Source: Thermococcus kodakarensis KOD1
GTDB taxonomy: Archaea > Methanobacteriota_B > Thermococci > Thermococcales > Thermococcaceae
NCBI RefSeq assembly: GCF_000009965.1
Contig: NC_006624.1
Location: 90,001 to 122,000, forward strand
Length of the DNA stretch: 32,000 nt
Reading direction: 5' to 3'
This document shows positions 16,208 through 25,399 of this stretch, in pieces (within the stretch, counting starts at the first letter, position 1; every line of letters begins with the position of its first letter). A program made the translations under genes and the position numbers. The notes below the pieces were generated by a model. It worked only from the letters and a program-made list of their open reading frames with translations, did not search any database and was not told the origin of the DNA.

Positions 16208-16780
16208 TTGGTGGACATGAGCAATGTAAAGCTCAGGATTGAAAATATAGTCGCTTCTGTGGATCTCTTTACAGACCTCAACCTTGAGAAGGTCATAGAG
16301 ATCTGCCCGAGCTCCAAGTACAATCCGGAGGAGTTCCCGGGTATAATCTGCCGCTTTGACGACCCGAAAGTGGCCCTTCTGATATTCAGCTCGGGAAAGC
16401 TCGTTGTAACTGGCGCAAAGAGTGTTGACGACATCAAGAGAGCCGTGTATAAGCTCATAGAGATGCTGAAGAAAATCGGTGCCAAATTCACCAGGGAGCC
16501 CCAGATAGACATCCAGAACATGGTATTCAGCGGTGACATCGGTATGGAGTTCAACCTCGATGCCGTTGCTCTGATCCTGCCGAACTGTGAATACGAGCCC
16601 GAGCAGTTCCCGGGCGTCATATACCGCGTCAAGGAGCCTAGGGCTGTTATACTGCTCTTCTCCTCTGGAAAGATCGTCTGTTCTGGCGCCAAGAGCGAGC
16701 AGGACGCCTGGGAGGCCGTCAAGAAGCTCCTCCGCGAGCTGGAGAAGTACGGCCTCATCGAGGAAGAGGAAGAATGGTGA
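16208..16780 (+). CDS. tbp: TATA-box binding protein
   Basis: 190 aa. Two internal TBP repeats (ENIVASVDL...[13 protein letters not shown] and QNMVFSGDI...[13 protein letters not shown]) and an acidic tail EEEEEW. The N-terminus MVDMS... matches Pyrococcus TBP. Confidence 0.97.
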   Translation: MVDMSNVKLRIENIVASVDLFTDLNLEKVIEICPSSKYNPEEFPGIICRFDDPKVALLIFSSGKLVVTGAKSVDDIKRAVYKLIEMLKKIGAKFTREPQIDIQNMVFSGDIGMEFNLDAVALILPNCEYEPEQFPGVIYRVKEPRAVILLFSSGKIVCSGAKSEQDAWEAVKKLLRELEKYGLIEEEEEW

Positions 16781-16855
16781 TTCATTCCCTGCCCTTTTTA
16801 TAACCTCCAATATTGTTTTAAGGACATACGCCTTATGTTTCCAAGGTGGTATTTG

Positions 16856-17455
16856 ATGAACACTCAAGTTCTTGAATGGCTTAGGGCAGGTAACGATGAT
16901 GCCGAGGACATAGTTGACCTCCCCTGGAACGTCAGGCAGGTGGGAGAGAACCACTACGTTGCCGAGCACCCGAAGATACCGTTTCTCCTGAACGTCATCT
17001 TCATGGACGGATTTGTCCGGCTGGCAGTTCCGAGCGGCATCGAGACCATAGCTATGAGGCTTGAGGAAAAGGTGAAGGTCTACCACACGCTCCTCATCCT
17101 GAACGAGCGCATGAACCTTCTCAAATTCACGCTCAGCGGCATGAACGATGAGGTGACCCTCAGGGTTGACCTGGACGAGAAGAGCCTCGGAAAGGATGAG
17201 TTCAACGACGCCTTAACAGCTCTCCTCGTGGGCATGAACGTTCTAATGGACTCCCTTGGCCTAACCCAGGAGTTCCAGGAGATAGTATTCGAAAGGCTCG
17301 CCCTCATGGTGTTTGAGAGGATGCAGAACGGTGCCAGCGAGAGGGAGATAATTGAGTTCCTTACGAAAAAGGTCGGTATGAGCAAGGAAGATGCCGAAGC
17401 ACTTCTGGCTGAACTTAAAAAAGCTGTCAGAGAGGACGAGAGGGGGTACATTTGA
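16856..17455 (+). CDS. Hypothetical protein, YbjN / T3SS-chaperone-like fold suspected
   Basis: 199 aa from ATG 16856 (SD AAGGTGG). The pattern ...YHTLLILNERMNLLKFTLSGMNDEVTLRVDL...EFNDAL... resembles YbjN-family proteins. The stop overlaps the start of the next gene. Confidence 0.6.
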   Translation: MNTQVLEWLRAGNDDAEDIVDLPWNVRQVGENHYVAEHPKIPFLLNVIFMDGFVRLAVPSGIETIAMRLEEKVKVYHTLLILNERMNLLKFTLSGMNDEVTLRVDLDEKSLGKDEFNDALTALLVGMNVLMDSLGLTQEFQEIVFERLALMVFERMQNGASEREIIEFLTKKVGMSKEDAEALLAELKKAVREDERGYI

Positions 17456-18456
17456 AGTTCGGGATTCTCTATACTCCGATTTTCCTCGAACACAGGCCCG
17501 ATGGATATCACCCGGAGAACCCTGCTAGGCTAAAAAGAGCCGTTGAAGGGCTGAAAAAAGCCGGTCTGTGGAAAAACGTTATCGAACCTGAAGCAGTTCA
17601 GGAAAAGGAGCTCCTCAAGGTTCACGATGAAGAGTACGTGGAGCTGGTAAAAGAGCTGGGAAGGTCTTTTAACTACCTTGATCCAGACACTTACGTTTCT
17701 CCAGGCACGTTTAATGCCGCGCTCCACGCCTTTGGGGCTGTTAAGAAGGCTGTTGAACTTGCCTTTGAGGATAAAGGGCTTTACCTTGCCCTCGTCAGAC
17801 CACCAGGCCACCATGCCGGCAGGAAGGGGAGGGCCTTTAACGCACCGACTCTCGGCTTCTGCATCTTCAACAACGCGGCCTACGCTTCAAAGCTCCTCGA
17901 AGGGCTCACCGGAAAGGCCTTGGTTATTGACTTCGACGCCCACCACGGCAACGGAACGCAGGAGATACTCTGGAACGATCCAAATGCAGTCCACATAGAC
18001 CTCCACGAGAGGGACATCTATCCCGTGAGCGGCTACGAATACGAGGTTGGGGGTAAGGGCGCGGAGGGAACTAAGGTCAACATTCCAATGCCCCACTATT
18101 CGGGCGACGATGACTACATCTACGCCTGGAATGAGGTCGTTCTGCCGATAGTTGCCCAGTTCAAGCCGAAGGTCATAGTTATTTCGGCTGGCTTTGACGG
18201 CTTCCATGGAGACGGTCTTACGACGCTCCGCCTAAGTGAGGCCTTCTATGCCTACGCAGGGACGACCCTATCAAAATACCCCCTAGTGGTTGTTCTCGAG
18301 GGTGGCTACAGTGTTGGACTCGAAAAGGGTCTGCCTGTTTTTATGGCAGGATACCTGAGCGGAGAGCGTTTCGAAGTCTCAGTCCGTCCGTCATTTGAGA
18401 CTCTGAGCATTATGGAACGGGTGAAGGAAATACTGGGGGAGTGGTGGGAGTTCTGA
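17452..18456 (+). CDS. Histone deacetylase-family Zn hydrolase (AcuC / acetylpolyamine amidohydrolase-like)
   Basis: 334 aa. Motifs RPPGHHAG, FCIFNNAA and DFDAHHGNGTQ. TTG start overlaps the upstream stop (TTGA). SD GAGGGGGT. Confidence 0.88.
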   Translation: MKFGILYTPIFLEHRPDGYHPENPARLKRAVEGLKKAGLWKNVIEPEAVQEKELLKVHDEEYVELVKELGRSFNYLDPDTYVSPGTFNAALHAFGAVKKAVELAFEDKGLYLALVRPPGHHAGRKGRAFNAPTLGFCIFNNAAYASKLLEGLTGKALVIDFDAHHGNGTQEILWNDPNAVHIDLHERDIYPVSGYEYEVGGKGAEGTKVNIPMPHYSGDDDYIYAWNEVVLPIVAQFKPKVIVISAGFDGFHGDGLTTLRLSEAFYAYAGTTLSKYPLVVVLEGGYSVGLEKGLPVFMAGYLSGERFEVSVRPSFETLSIMERVKEILGEWWEF

Positions 18457-18482
18457 TAAAGAAAAGAGAAAAGCGGCGAGTC

Positions 18483-19100
18483 TCAAAGCCCCAGCATTTC
18501 CTTAGCGGCTTTAACGCCAAGCTCGAAGGCCCTCATGTTTACATCTATCGTCTTCGGCGGGACGCTGATCCTGATGACCTCCTTTATCTGCTCCTCCGAG
18601 AGCGGGAAGCCAGGAGTCTGGCTGAGTGCTCCTATGAGGACTACGTTTGTGGTGACGATGTTGCCAGCCTCCATAGCCAACTTCTCGGCGTCGAAGGCCA
18701 TGAACTTGCCGCCGAAGTCCTCCTCCACGATCTTCTTCATCTCGTCAAGCGTTGGATAGGTCGCGAGCCCCATCGAGACCTGGACGGGCGGGATAGGCCT
18801 CGCGTTGGTGAAGACGAGGCCACCCTTCTTGAGGTAGTTGATGTAGCGGAGTGCTTCAACAGGCTCGAAGGAGAGTATGACGTCGGCCTTTCCCTCAGGA
18901 ACCATTGCTCCGTAAACGTCCTCGCCGAAGCGGACGTAAGCTATGACGCTTCCAAAGCGCTGACTCATTCCATGGACCTCGCCGACACGAACCTTGTAAC
19001 CTGCCCTTAAAGCCGCCCATCCGAGAAGGTTGGCGGCGGTGAGTATTCCCTGCCCGCCAACTCCGGTGATAACGATGTTGTACTCCTTCATCTCACTCAC
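18483..19100 (-). CDS. iorB: Indolepyruvate:ferredoxin oxidoreductase subunit beta
   Basis: 205 aa. [17 protein letters not shown] motif of the 2-oxoacid oxidoreductase gamma-type domain. ATG overlaps the iorA stop (8 nt). Confidence 0.9.
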   Translation of the reverse strand: MSEMKEYNIVITGVGGQGILTAANLLGWAALRAGYKVRVGEVHGMSQRFGSVIAYVRFGEDVYGAMVPEGKADVILSFEPVEALRYINYLKKGGLVFTNARPIPPVQVSMGLATYPTLDEMKKIVEEDFGGKFMAFDAEKLAMEAGNIVTTNVVLIGALSQTPGFPLSEEQIKEVIRISVPPKTIDVNMRAFELGVKAAKEMLGL

Positions 19101-21036
19101 CCTCCTTCATGGGCTCGAACGCATCGAACGGACATACCTGGGCACATCCACCGCAGCCCCAGCACATCGTTGGGTCGACCTTTGCCTTCTTGGTCTCTGG
19201 ATCCCAGTAGATCGCAGGACAGCCGTAGGCGTTGATACAAATCTTACAGCCGGTACACTTGTCCTCGACAACGTGGTAGATGGGCCACTTCATTCCCCTT
19301 CTGCGCATCTGGCCGATCTTGTAGAGGGCACAGACCTGCCTTGAGACGACGACGCTCACACCCTCAACTTCGAGGGCCTTCTTTATGGTCTCGTAGGTAG
19401 CCTTTATGTCGTAGGGATCAACGACCGCAACGAAGTCCGCACCCATGGCCTTGGCAACGTCCTCAATGGGTATCCTCTTACCCATGCCGTGCGGCGTCTG
19501 TCCCGTTCCTGGATTTGGCTGGTCGCCGGTCATTGCCGTAACAAGGTTGTCGAGAACCACGATGAGAACGTTGGAGCGGTTGTAGATGGCGTTGGCAAGG
19601 GCCGGCAGGCCTGTGTGGTAGAAGGTTGAATCACCGATGGTAGCGACGATAATCTGCTTCTCCTTGCCCTCCTTGTGCTCTTCCTCGGCGAGTGAGCCGT
19701 TCATCGCTATGCTGAGTCCGTGACCGATGCCGATGGAAGCACCCATGGCGACCGTTGTATCAACCGTTCTGAGCGGCGGGAGGACACCGAGGGTGTAACA
19801 GCCTATGTCGCTCGGGTATATCGCCTTGGGGCCAGCTGCCTTCCTTATGGCGAAGAAGCTGTTTCTGTGCGGGCACGCTGGACAGAGGCTCGGCGGCCTC
19901 GGCGGGACTATCTGAGAGACCTTCTCGTATTTCTCGTCGATCTCGGCGAAGTTTATCGGCGTTTCAAGGCCGAGGAACTTGGCTATCGCTTCAACCGCCC
20001 TCCTCGTGGTCATCTCATAAACTCTCGGCACGAGGTCCTTTCCGTGGATCGGGATTCTCAGGCCCTTGTCGTAGGCCCAGGTTTTGACCTGCTCCTCGAC
20101 AACCGGCTCGAGCTCCTCAACTATGAGAACCTTCTCAAGGCCGTCGAAGAACTTCCCAAGCAGGCCGTAGGGGACGGGGAACGGCGTTCCGAGCTTGAGG
20201 ATCTTGACATCCTCGACTCCGAGCCAGGCAAGGGCCTCCTTGACGTAGGCGTAGCTTAAACCGGGAGCGATGATACCGACCTTCGCATCTTCCTTGCCCT
20301 CGATCCAGTTGAACGGGCAGTTGTTGAGTTCCTCGCGTATCTTCTCGATCTTCTCGAGGATCAGCGGGTGGAACTTCCTCGCGTGGGCGGGGACGTCAAC
20401 GAACCTCGTCGGGTCCTTCTTGAACTTTCCGAACTTCCTCTTACCGGTCTTTATCTCCTCGGGCAGTTCGCCGAGAACAACGTCGCCCCTCGCGTGGGAG
20501 CTCCTGGTGGTTGTCCTCAGGATGACGAAGTGTTTGAACTTCTCGCTCAGCTCGAAGGCGTACTTCGTCATCTCCTTTGCCTCGTGGGGCGAACTCGGCT
20601 CAAGAACTGGGACGTTTGCGAACTTTGCGTAAACGCGCGTGTCCTGCTCGTTTTGTGAAGACCACATGCTCGGGTCGTCTGCAACCATTATGACGAAGCC
20701 TCCCTCAACGCCCATGCCGACCGAGCTGAGGAAGCTGTCGGCCGCGACGTTAAGGCCAACGTGCTTCATTGCCGTCATGGCCCTGAGGCCACTCCAGGCT
20801 GCGGCTAAAGCCGTCTCAAAGGCGACCTTCTCGTTGGTCGAGTACTCCATGTAGACTCCTGCCTTCTTTGCGACGGCTGCCATCGTATCGGTAAGCTCTG
20901 AACTCGGCGTTCCGGGATAGGCGGCGAAAACCGCTATGTTCGCCTCAAGCGCTCCCCTCGCTATCGCGTGGTTGCCCAGGAGGAGAACCCTCTCCCCGGG
21001 CTTGTCCCACAACACTATGTCGGTAACTTTCGCCAT
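19093..21036 (-). CDS. iorA: Indolepyruvate:ferredoxin oxidoreductase subunit alpha
   Basis: 647 aa. TPP motif GDSTFYHTG. Two C-terminal ferredoxin motifs ([26 protein letters not shown]). Confidence 0.94.
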   Translation of the reverse strand: MAKVTDIVLWDKPGERVLLLGNHAIARGALEANIAVFAAYPGTPSSELTDTMAAVAKKAGVYMEYSTNEKVAFETALAAAWSGLRAMTAMKHVGLNVAADSFLSSVGMGVEGGFVIMVADDPSMWSSQNEQDTRVYAKFANVPVLEPSSPHEAKEMTKYAFELSEKFKHFVILRTTTRSSHARGDVVLGELPEEIKTGKRKFGKFKKDPTRFVDVPAHARKFHPLILEKIEKIREELNNCPFNWIEGKEDAKVGIIAPGLSYAYVKEALAWLGVEDVKILKLGTPFPVPYGLLGKFFDGLEKVLIVEELEPVVEEQVKTWAYDKGLRIPIHGKDLVPRVYEMTTRRAVEAIAKFLGLETPINFAEIDEKYEKVSQIVPPRPPSLCPACPHRNSFFAIRKAAGPKAIYPSDIGCYTLGVLPPLRTVDTTVAMGASIGIGHGLSIAMNGSLAEEEHKEGKEKQIIVATIGDSTFYHTGLPALANAIYNRSNVLIVVLDNLVTAMTGDQPNPGTGQTPHGMGKRIPIEDVAKAMGADFVAVVDPYDIKATYETIKKALEVEGVSVVVSRQVCALYKIGQMRRRGMKWPIYHVVEDKCTGCKICINAYGCPAIYWDPETKKAKVDPTMCWGCGGCAQVCPFDAFEPMKEGE

Positions 21037-21498
21037 CTAAACTGCACCTCCAGATACCTCTTTCAAGAAATCCTCAAGTTCAGCTTCGTCCAAAATGTAA
21101 AACGCCTTAACGCCCATTTTTCGGGCCCTGCTAACCATATCTCTGTCTGAGGAGATTAAAATTGCATCAAATTTCTTGGCAGTGGAGATAAAGTATGCAT
21201 CAGCAGCCCGAGGATGGATTTTTCTTGCGATATCTTTTGCGTCTTCGAATATCCAATCCTCTGAAACCTGGAGAACCCTGCTCGATAGGTACTCTTCAAT
21301 GAGAGCGACTGCCTCATCCTTCCCAGTAAGCCGTTTGACAAGACTTATGGTCTCAACTACCCCCAGTCGTGGCATAGCTAAGGGAATTTCAGCGCTCTCA
21401 GCACTGGATATCGCTCGTCTTGCCAGCTCATTTCTGTGCTCTTTTCCCTTCACTGGTATTACGGCGTCCACCAGAGCGGAAGTGTCAACCACGAGCAT
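21037..21498 (-). CDS. vapC: PIN-domain toxin VapC
   Basis: 153 aa. LVVDTSALV, VVETISLV, AADAYFI and LISSDRDM supply the PIN acidic residues. The stop TAG abuts the iorA ATG. Confidence 0.85.
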   Translation of the reverse strand: MLVVDTSALVDAVIPVKGKEHRNELARRAISSAESAEIPLAMPRLGVVETISLVKRLTGKDEAVALIEEYLSSRVLQVSEDWIFEDAKDIARKIHPRAADAYFISTAKKFDAILISSDRDMVSRARKMGVKAFYILDEAELEDFLKEVSGGAV

Positions 21499-21643
21499 CC
21501 CGCATCTCCTTCAGGAGTTTGTGGGGGTCTTTCTCGACTTCTCCAATGAGTTCTCTCATCCTTTCGTAGAGGTCGTTGATAGTAGGCGGAGCCACCTTAG
21601 GAAGCTTTGCCCCCTTACCCTCAGGCTTTGCATGGGTTTCCAT
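21485..21643 (-). CDS. vapB: Small VapB-position antitoxin candidate (52 aa), absent from the ORF track
   Basis: Hand translation gives METHAKPEGKGAKLPKVAPPTINDLYERMRELIGEVEKDPHKLLKEMRDARG. SD GGAGGAGTGAT is upstream. It overlaps the vapC start by 14 nt and starts 2 nt after the acd-alpha stop. Confidence 0.55.
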   Translation of the reverse strand: METHAKPEGKGAKLPKVAPPTINDLYERMRELIGEVEKDPHKLLKEMRDARG

Positions 21644-21645
21644 AA

Positions 21646-23022
21646 TCACTCCTCCCTCAGCAAGCCAACGTTCTTCGCCTGCTGGACGAGGGCGTAGGCT
21701 CCGGCGGCAACGTCCTCCGGCCTCTCGTAGCTCGGGATTCCGTTGGCCTCAAGAAGTTCCTTCGCCTTCTCGCTGACGTAACCTGCCATGAAGAGTCCAA
21801 GGACGGGCTTTCCGTTGTTGACTTCTTTTACGGCTTTGATGACGCCCTCGGCGTGCTCAGTCGGCGTCATTCCCGCAAAGGTCGGGACGACGCAGATGGC
21901 TATAAGCATGTCCACGTTCGGGTCCCGGAGGAGGAGCTTAGCAGTCCTGTAGTAGTCCTCTCCGCGGGCAGAGGCTATCATGTCCACCGGGTTCTTCACG
22001 GCCGCCATCGGCGGAAGGAAGGAGCGGAGCTCCTCGATAGTTTTCTCCTCAAGGTTGGCCAGCTTGAGGCCCTTTCTGTCTATGGCATCGGCGGTGAGAA
22101 CTCCCGGGCCGCCGGCGTTGGTCATTATAGCTACGCGTTTGCCCTTCGGGAGCGGCTGGGTAAATGCCCTCGCCATGCTGAGCATGTCGTCGATTGTGTC
22201 GGCAACCAGAACCCCGCTCTGCTTGAAAGCTGCTTCGTAAATCTTCCAGCTTCCGGCGAGCGAACCCGTGTGAGATGATGCCGCCCTCGCACCGCTCTCA
22301 CTCCTGCCTGCCTTGAGCGCTATTACCGGCTTCTTCTTCGTGACCCTCTTTGCAACGTCAATGAACTTCCTGCCGTCCTTGAGGCCCTCGATGTAGAGGG
22401 CTATCGCCTTGTCCTCTTTCGTGTCGGCGAGGTACTCCATGAGCTCGGAGAAGTCAACGTCGGCCATGTTGCCTATGCTGACGAACTTGGAAAAGCCGAT
22501 TCCTTCCTTGACGGTCTTGTAGACTATTCCAGCCCCAAGAGCACCGCTCTGGCTGATGAAGGCTATGCTTCCCTTCTTGGCGTCCATGATGAAGGTGGCG
22601 TTCATGTCGTCCTGGGTGTTCATAACGCCGACGCAGTTCGGCCCGATGATCCTCATGCCGTACTTGTGGGCAATCTCCACGAGCTCCCGCTCTTCCCTCT
22701 TGCCTTCCTCGCCGGTCTCACCGAAGCCAGCAGTTATGATGACGGCGCCCTTGACGCCCTTCTCACCGGCGTCTATTATCGCCCCCTTAACGAACCTCTT
22801 GGGCACTACGATGATAGCTAAGTCAACTTCTCCCGGGATGTCCTTGATGTTCTTGTAGGCCTTAACTCCCTGAACAACCTCGTCCTTGACGTTCACTGGA
22901 TAGACCTTCCCGGCTTTGTACTTCTTGAGGTTCTTGAAGACCTCGTAGCCCAGCTTGAGCGGGTCGTTTGATGCCCCGATGACCGCTATCCCCCTCGGCT
23001 TGAAGAAGTAGTCGAACGTCAT
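21646..23022 (-). CDS. acdA: ADP-forming acyl/acetyl-CoA synthetase alpha subunit (ACD)
   Basis: 458 aa from ATG 23022 (SD GGTGAGTGAT). CoA-binding N-terminus (IAVIGAS). Phosphohistidine loop SSHTGSLAG. Succinyl-CoA-ligase-like fold. Confidence 0.92.
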   Translation of the reverse strand: MTFDYFFKPRGIAVIGASNDPLKLGYEVFKNLKKYKAGKVYPVNVKDEVVQGVKAYKNIKDIPGEVDLAIIVVPKRFVKGAIIDAGEKGVKGAVIITAGFGETGEEGKREERELVEIAHKYGMRIIGPNCVGVMNTQDDMNATFIMDAKKGSIAFISQSGALGAGIVYKTVKEGIGFSKFVSIGNMADVDFSELMEYLADTKEDKAIALYIEGLKDGRKFIDVAKRVTKKKPVIALKAGRSESGARAASSHTGSLAGSWKIYEAAFKQSGVLVADTIDDMLSMARAFTQPLPKGKRVAIMTNAGGPGVLTADAIDRKGLKLANLEEKTIEELRSFLPPMAAVKNPVDMIASARGEDYYRTAKLLLRDPNVDMLIAICVVPTFAGMTPTEHAEGVIKAVKEVNNGKPVLGLFMAGYVSEKAKELLEANGIPSYERPEDVAAGAYALVQQAKNVGLLREE

Positions 23023-23183
23023 CAATCACTCACCGTTTAAATCTCGGTTAGAGCGTATATAAGCTTTCCCAAAACGGGCATCGGAGAAAATAAGGGCTTT
23101 GATGGACTCAAAGAGACGTTGATGAGCGGTGAGGTTCCTAGACAATGAGGCAGATTAAGCAACGACCTTACGAAAGCCTTAAA

Positions 23184-23215
23184 TACTAATCTGGATTAGT
23201 ACTAATCATGATTAG
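23184..23215. promoter_or_regulatory. Tandem palindromic operator-like repeat: TACTAATC-tg-GATTAGTA overlapping TACTAATC-at-GATTAG
   Basis: Four alternating half-sites read directly from the sequence. The second palindrome is centred on the ATG (23208-23210) of the ATPase gene. A TATA-like CTTAAATA lies at 23178-23185. Confidence 0.5.
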
Positions 23216-24566
23216 GAAATTTGTTGACAGGGAAAGGGAGCTGGGGATCCTCGAAAAGGAATGGAGGAACACTCCGTCCTTTGTCGTCATCTACGGAAGG
23301 AGAAGGGTAGGAAAAACCAGGCTCCTCGTGGAGTTTTCCAGGGGAAAGAGGGCCATCTTCCACACATTCATGGAGGGGACGAAAGAGAGCCAAATTAAAA
23401 GCCTCACAGAAGAACTTGCAGATTTCTTCGACGATGAGGTCTTCCTGAGCTTCTCCGACTGGTACCCCCTCTTCAAGTACCTTTCGGGAAAAATTGACAA
23501 TAAAACGCTTCTGGTCTTCGACGAGTTCACCTACGCAATCAAAAGCGATAAAGGCATCTTGAGCGCCCTTCAGAGGGTCTGGGACCACGAGCTGAGCAGC
23601 AAACCAGTGATGCTCGTCCTCTCGGGTTCCCTGATGGGAATGATGGAGGATGAGGTTCTGAGCCACTCATCCCCGCTCTACGGCAGGAGAACAGCTGGCT
23701 TCAGGCTCCGCCCACTTGGGCTCTTCCCGTCACTCGGGTTCTTTGAGGACTTTGAGGAGGGTCTGAAGTTCTACATGCTCCTCGGGGGAGTTCCAGCTTA
23801 TCTCATCATCGCTTCCCGTTACAAGACAGTTGGGGACTTCGTTGAGGGGGAGTTCCTCACTCCAGAGGGATACTTCTACGATGAGCCATACATAGTCCTC
23901 TCCGAACTCAGGGAGCTGAAGACCTACTTTTCAATCCTCTCGGCGATGGCCTCCGGGAGAAGAAAGCCCTCTGAAATAGCGAGCGGAGCCGGCTTGGATG
24001 GGAGGAAAATTTATCCCTACCTTGAGACCCTGATGAGGCTCGGTTTCGTGGAAAGGGAGCTTCCCGTTGCGAGAAAGGAAAAACGAGGCCTCTATAGAAT
24101 CTCCGATCCAATGCTTATGAGCTGGTTCTCGCTCGTTTATTCAAACAGGACCGGGATAGAGCTTGGAACCATAACCCTCAACGATGTTGGGGAAACCCTC
24201 CAGAGGATTTTCTCCTTCCGCTTTGAGGACGTTTCAAAGGAGTTTCTCATCGAGCTGAACAAAGAAGGAAAGCTCCCCTTTAGGTTCACTAAAATCGGCC
24301 GCTGGTGGCATAAAAACAAGGAAATTGATCTCGTTGCCTTGAACGAGCACGAGAAGAAAGCCCTTTTCGTCGAGGTTAAGTGGAAGGAGTTAAGCGAGAG
24401 GGAAGCGAGGGGAATTTTAAAGGACTTGGAGAGGAAGGCGGGACTCGTTGAACTGAGAGGGTGGGAGAAGCGTTACGGGCTTGTGGCGAAAAAGATCAAG
24501 GGAAAAGAGGAGCTAAGAGGAAAGAGCTTCCTGGCCTGGGATCTAGAGGATTTTGAAGACATTTAG
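23208..24566 (+). CDS. Archaeal ATPase (AAA+, PF01637-like) with central wHTH and C-terminal DUF234 PD-(D/E)xK-like domain
   Basis: 452 aa. Walker A GRRRVGKT and Walker B LLVFDEF. wHTH-like SILSAMASGRRKPSEIA...LMRLGFVERE. C-terminal end IGRWWHKNKEIDLVAL...LFVEVKWKE. Confidence 0.88.
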   Translation: MIRKFVDRERELGILEKEWRNTPSFVVIYGRRRVGKTRLLVEFSRGKRAIFHTFMEGTKESQIKSLTEELADFFDDEVFLSFSDWYPLFKYLSGKIDNKTLLVFDEFTYAIKSDKGILSALQRVWDHELSSKPVMLVLSGSLMGMMEDEVLSHSSPLYGRRTAGFRLRPLGLFPSLGFFEDFEEGLKFYMLLGGVPAYLIIASRYKTVGDFVEGEFLTPEGYFYDEPYIVLSELRELKTYFSILSAMASGRRKPSEIASGAGLDGRKIYPYLETLMRLGFVERELPVARKEKRGLYRISDPMLMSWFSLVYSNRTGIELGTITLNDVGETLQRIFSFRFEDVSKEFLIELNKEGKLPFRFTKIGRWWHKNKEIDLVALNEHEKKALFVEVKWKELSEREARGILKDLERKAGLVELRGWEKRYGLVAKKIKGKEELRGKSFLAWDLEDFEDI

Positions 24567-24679
24567 GATGATTAAGTTACGGACAATGCTGCAAGACCCT
24601 TTTACCTTCACCTCAGCCAAAGGGAGCACCCGAAACCTTTAAGTAAGCTTCGGTTATTTTAACTCTGGAGGTGATGGCG

Positions 24680-25354
24680 ATGGTGAAGGTGAAGTTCCTG
24701 GGCCACGCGGCTTTTCTGATCGAGGGAAGCAAGAAGATACTCATAGACCCGTTCCTCAGCGGCAACCCGAAGGCCGCCGTCAAGCCTGAGGAGGTTGAGG
24801 CAGACCTCATACTCGTTACCCACGCCCACGGCGACCACATTGGAGATGCTATAGAGATAGCGAGGAGAAGCGGAGCAAAAATAGTTGCCATGTATGACAT
24901 AGCCAACTACATCTCCCAGAAGGCGAGCGATGTAGAGACCATTGGCATGAACTACGGGCCAACCACTATTGATGGGGTCTTCATCGTCCAGGTTCCAGCC
25001 TGGCACTCAAGCAGTGATGGAGTGCACAACATAGGCAATCCCTGCGGCTACATAGTTAAGCTCGACGGAGTGACCATCTACCACGCGGGGGATACATTCG
25101 TCTTCGGAGACATGGCACTCTTCAACGAGCTCTACGGCCCGATTGACGTTGCCCTCCTCCCGATAGGCGGGCACTTCACGATGGGACCGAGGGAAGCCGC
25201 CAAAGCCGTCGAGCTCCTCAAGCCGAGGAAAGTCGTTCCGATGCACTACAACACCTGGCCGCCGATCGCCCAGGACCCCGAGGAGTTCAAGAGGCTCGTC
25301 GGTGACAAGGCGGAGGTTGTTATCCTCCAGCCTGGAGAGGAGCTTGAGCTTTGA
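24680..25354 (+). CDS. UPF0173-family metal-dependent hydrolase (metallo-beta-lactamase fold)
   Basis: MVKVKFLGHAAFLIEG... and HAHGDH motif. ATG 24680 follows GGAGGTGAT. The ORF-track start is at 24671. Confidence 0.88.
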   Translation: MVKVKFLGHAAFLIEGSKKILIDPFLSGNPKAAVKPEEVEADLILVTHAHGDHIGDAIEIARRSGAKIVAMYDIANYISQKASDVETIGMNYGPTTIDGVFIVQVPAWHSSSDGVHNIGNPCGYIVKLDGVTIYHAGDTFVFGDMALFNELYGPIDVALLPIGGHFTMGPREAAKAVELLKPRKVVPMHYNTWPPIAQDPEEFKRLVGDKAEVVILQPGEELEL

Positions 25355-25399
25355 AAAACCTTTTAAATTTCTCTTCTTAGCTTACTTCTAGGTGGTGAA

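Noticed and set aside
24626-24654. 5-bp inverted repeat CCGAA…TTCGG flanking the TATA-like CCTTTAAGTAAG upstream of the UPF0173 gene.
   Set aside because: The stem is too short to distinguish from chance in an intergenic region. No second copy was seen.
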